In this document: in pieces, positions 63,408 through 64,000 of the stretch | Position numbering within the stretch: the first letter of the stretch is position 1 | How the letters are laid out: each line of letters begins with the position of its first letter | Assembly: GCA_964540655.1 (NCBI GenBank) | Contig: CAZINR010000001.1 | Span: forward strand, 5,067 to 69,066 | Reading direction: 5' to 3' | Origin: an uncultured archaeon | GTDB taxonomy: Archaea; Altiarchaeota; Altiarchaeia; JAFGQM01 | DNA: 64,000 nucleotides | Made by a program: the position numbers and the translations under genes | Notes under the pieces: generated by a model | Seen by the model: the letters and a program-made list of their open reading frames with translations, nothing else | What the model was told of the DNA's origin: nothing | Database searches by the model: none

Positions 63408-64000
63408 AAATAGTGTTTGCGTTAGGGGGCTCTGTGGTAGTGCCCGACAAGGTCGACGAGAAGTATGTGGAGAGATTCGCTGGATTCGCGCTCGAATTGG
63501 CCAAGAAGAACTCTCTTGCCATAGTCGTCGGAGGGGGCAAGACCGCGCGCCGGGCAATAGCAGCCGCGCGCAAGAGGGGCGAGAACGAGGCCCGCTGCGA
63601 CTATGCCGGTATAGAGGCTTCCCGATACAACGCATCCATAATATCACAGGCCATGGGAATCGAACCCCATGTACCGGAAACGCTAATGGGGGCGGAGAAG
63701 GTCCTGAAGACCGAGGGCATCGTCCTGATGGGCGGCACCGAGCCAGGCCACTCGACCGATGCGGTCGCGGCCCTTCTCGCCGAACTTACTGACGCGGACC
63801 TGGTCCTCAAGGTTACGGACGTCGACGGCATCTACGACAAGGACCCGCAGAGACACAAGAAGGCCACGATGTTCCAGGAGCTCTCCATAGACCAAGTCGA
63901 GAAGATGGTTTTGGGGCTCTCGCAGGATGCGGGCAAGTATGAGCTCTTCGACATGCTGGCGGTCAAGATACTCAAGCGCTCCGGCATCAAGTGCGTGGTC
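63404..64000 (+). CDS. pyrH: UMP kinase, archaeal type (3' end outside window)
   Basis: MKIVFALGGSVVVP...VVGGGKTAR...MGGTEPGHSTDAVAALLAE matches archaeal UMP kinase; ATGA overlap with the trpS stop. Confidence 0.8.
   Translation, partial: MKIVFALGGSVVVPDKVDEKYVERFAGFALELAKKNSLAIVVGGGKTARRAIAAARKRGENEARCDYAGIEASRYNASIISQAMGIEPHVPETLMGAEKVLKTEGIVLMGGTEPGHSTDAVAALLAELTDADLVLKVTDVDGIYDKDPQRHKKATMFQELSIDQVEKMVLGLSQDAGKYELFDMLAVKILKRSGIKCVV

Overview
Dense, mostly protein-coding archaeal chromosomal segment. All coordinates, starts, coding frames, motifs and repeats come from the provided ORF track, manual translation and reading the sequence; no searches were run, so family assignments are motif-based inference and the GC values and repeat spacings are approximate. 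Background GC is high (I estimate about 55-60%) with three AT-rich islets. Archaeal identity rests on an aRF1 with NIKS/GGQ, archaeal-type DnaG, a 153-aa archaeal riboflavin synthase, a type III RuBisCO AMP-salvage operon, an S19e/L39e/L31e/aIF6/LX/prefoldin-alpha ribosomal cluster, RNase P Rpp21, an aCPSF1-type beta-CASP nuclease, a class-I CCA enzyme and a proteasome beta subunit. Lineage is uncertain; the gene content and frequent Lys-rich tails suggest a Thermoplasmatota-like euryarchaeon. No tRNA, rRNA or CRISPR array was recognised; two manual motif scans of open regions for an ncRNA gave nothing, and two conserved hairpins are reported under regulatory features.

Content, in order:
- Cation-diffusion-facilitator (CDF) fragment at the left edge, then a ferredoxin-TusA-DsrE cluster.
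- MetV-like small subunit plus MetF methylene-H4F reductase.
- A long minus-strand operon: ribD-ribBA-ribC-ribH riboflavin genes fused to Fae-Hps and an MtdA-like dehydrogenase.
- A divergent DHPS-like pterin-binding protein.
- ilvE.
- RtcB-archease preceded by an unusual protease-less LonB-like AAA+ ATPase.
- DnaG with a Ser/Arg-rich tandem-repeat insert.
- JAMM metalloprotease.
- purL/purQ/purS/purB.
- e2b2-X-PINlike-rbcL-deoA AMP-salvage operon.
- DUF389 membrane protein and a CaCA exchanger.
- aRF1.
- A 567-aa Arg-rich protein of unknown function.
- MiaB-like methylthiotransferase and a long FKBP.
- An AT-rich asparaginase-N-domain-like gene.
- Class V aminotransferase and purM.
- Cold-shock protein.
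- A Cys-rich secreted protein paired with a standalone Cas4-like 4Fe-4S PD-(D/E)xK nuclease.
- tyrS and Trm5/Taw3 wyosine genes.
- Topoisomerase I carrying a 454-aa LAGLIDADG intein.
- Lrp and an aminotransferase.
- Metallophosphoesterase plus Lhr helicase.
- The ribosomal cluster.
- CCA enzyme plus an adjacent unknown nucleotidyltransferase-fold protein.
- psmB, aCPSF1, trpS and a partial UMP kinase.

The most unusual loci are the LonB-like ATPase/archease/RtcB operon, the two-gene insertion in the RuBisCO operon, the Cys-rich/Cas4-like pair, the TopA intein, two perfect inverted repeats at the TopA promoter, and several compositionally foreign small genes.
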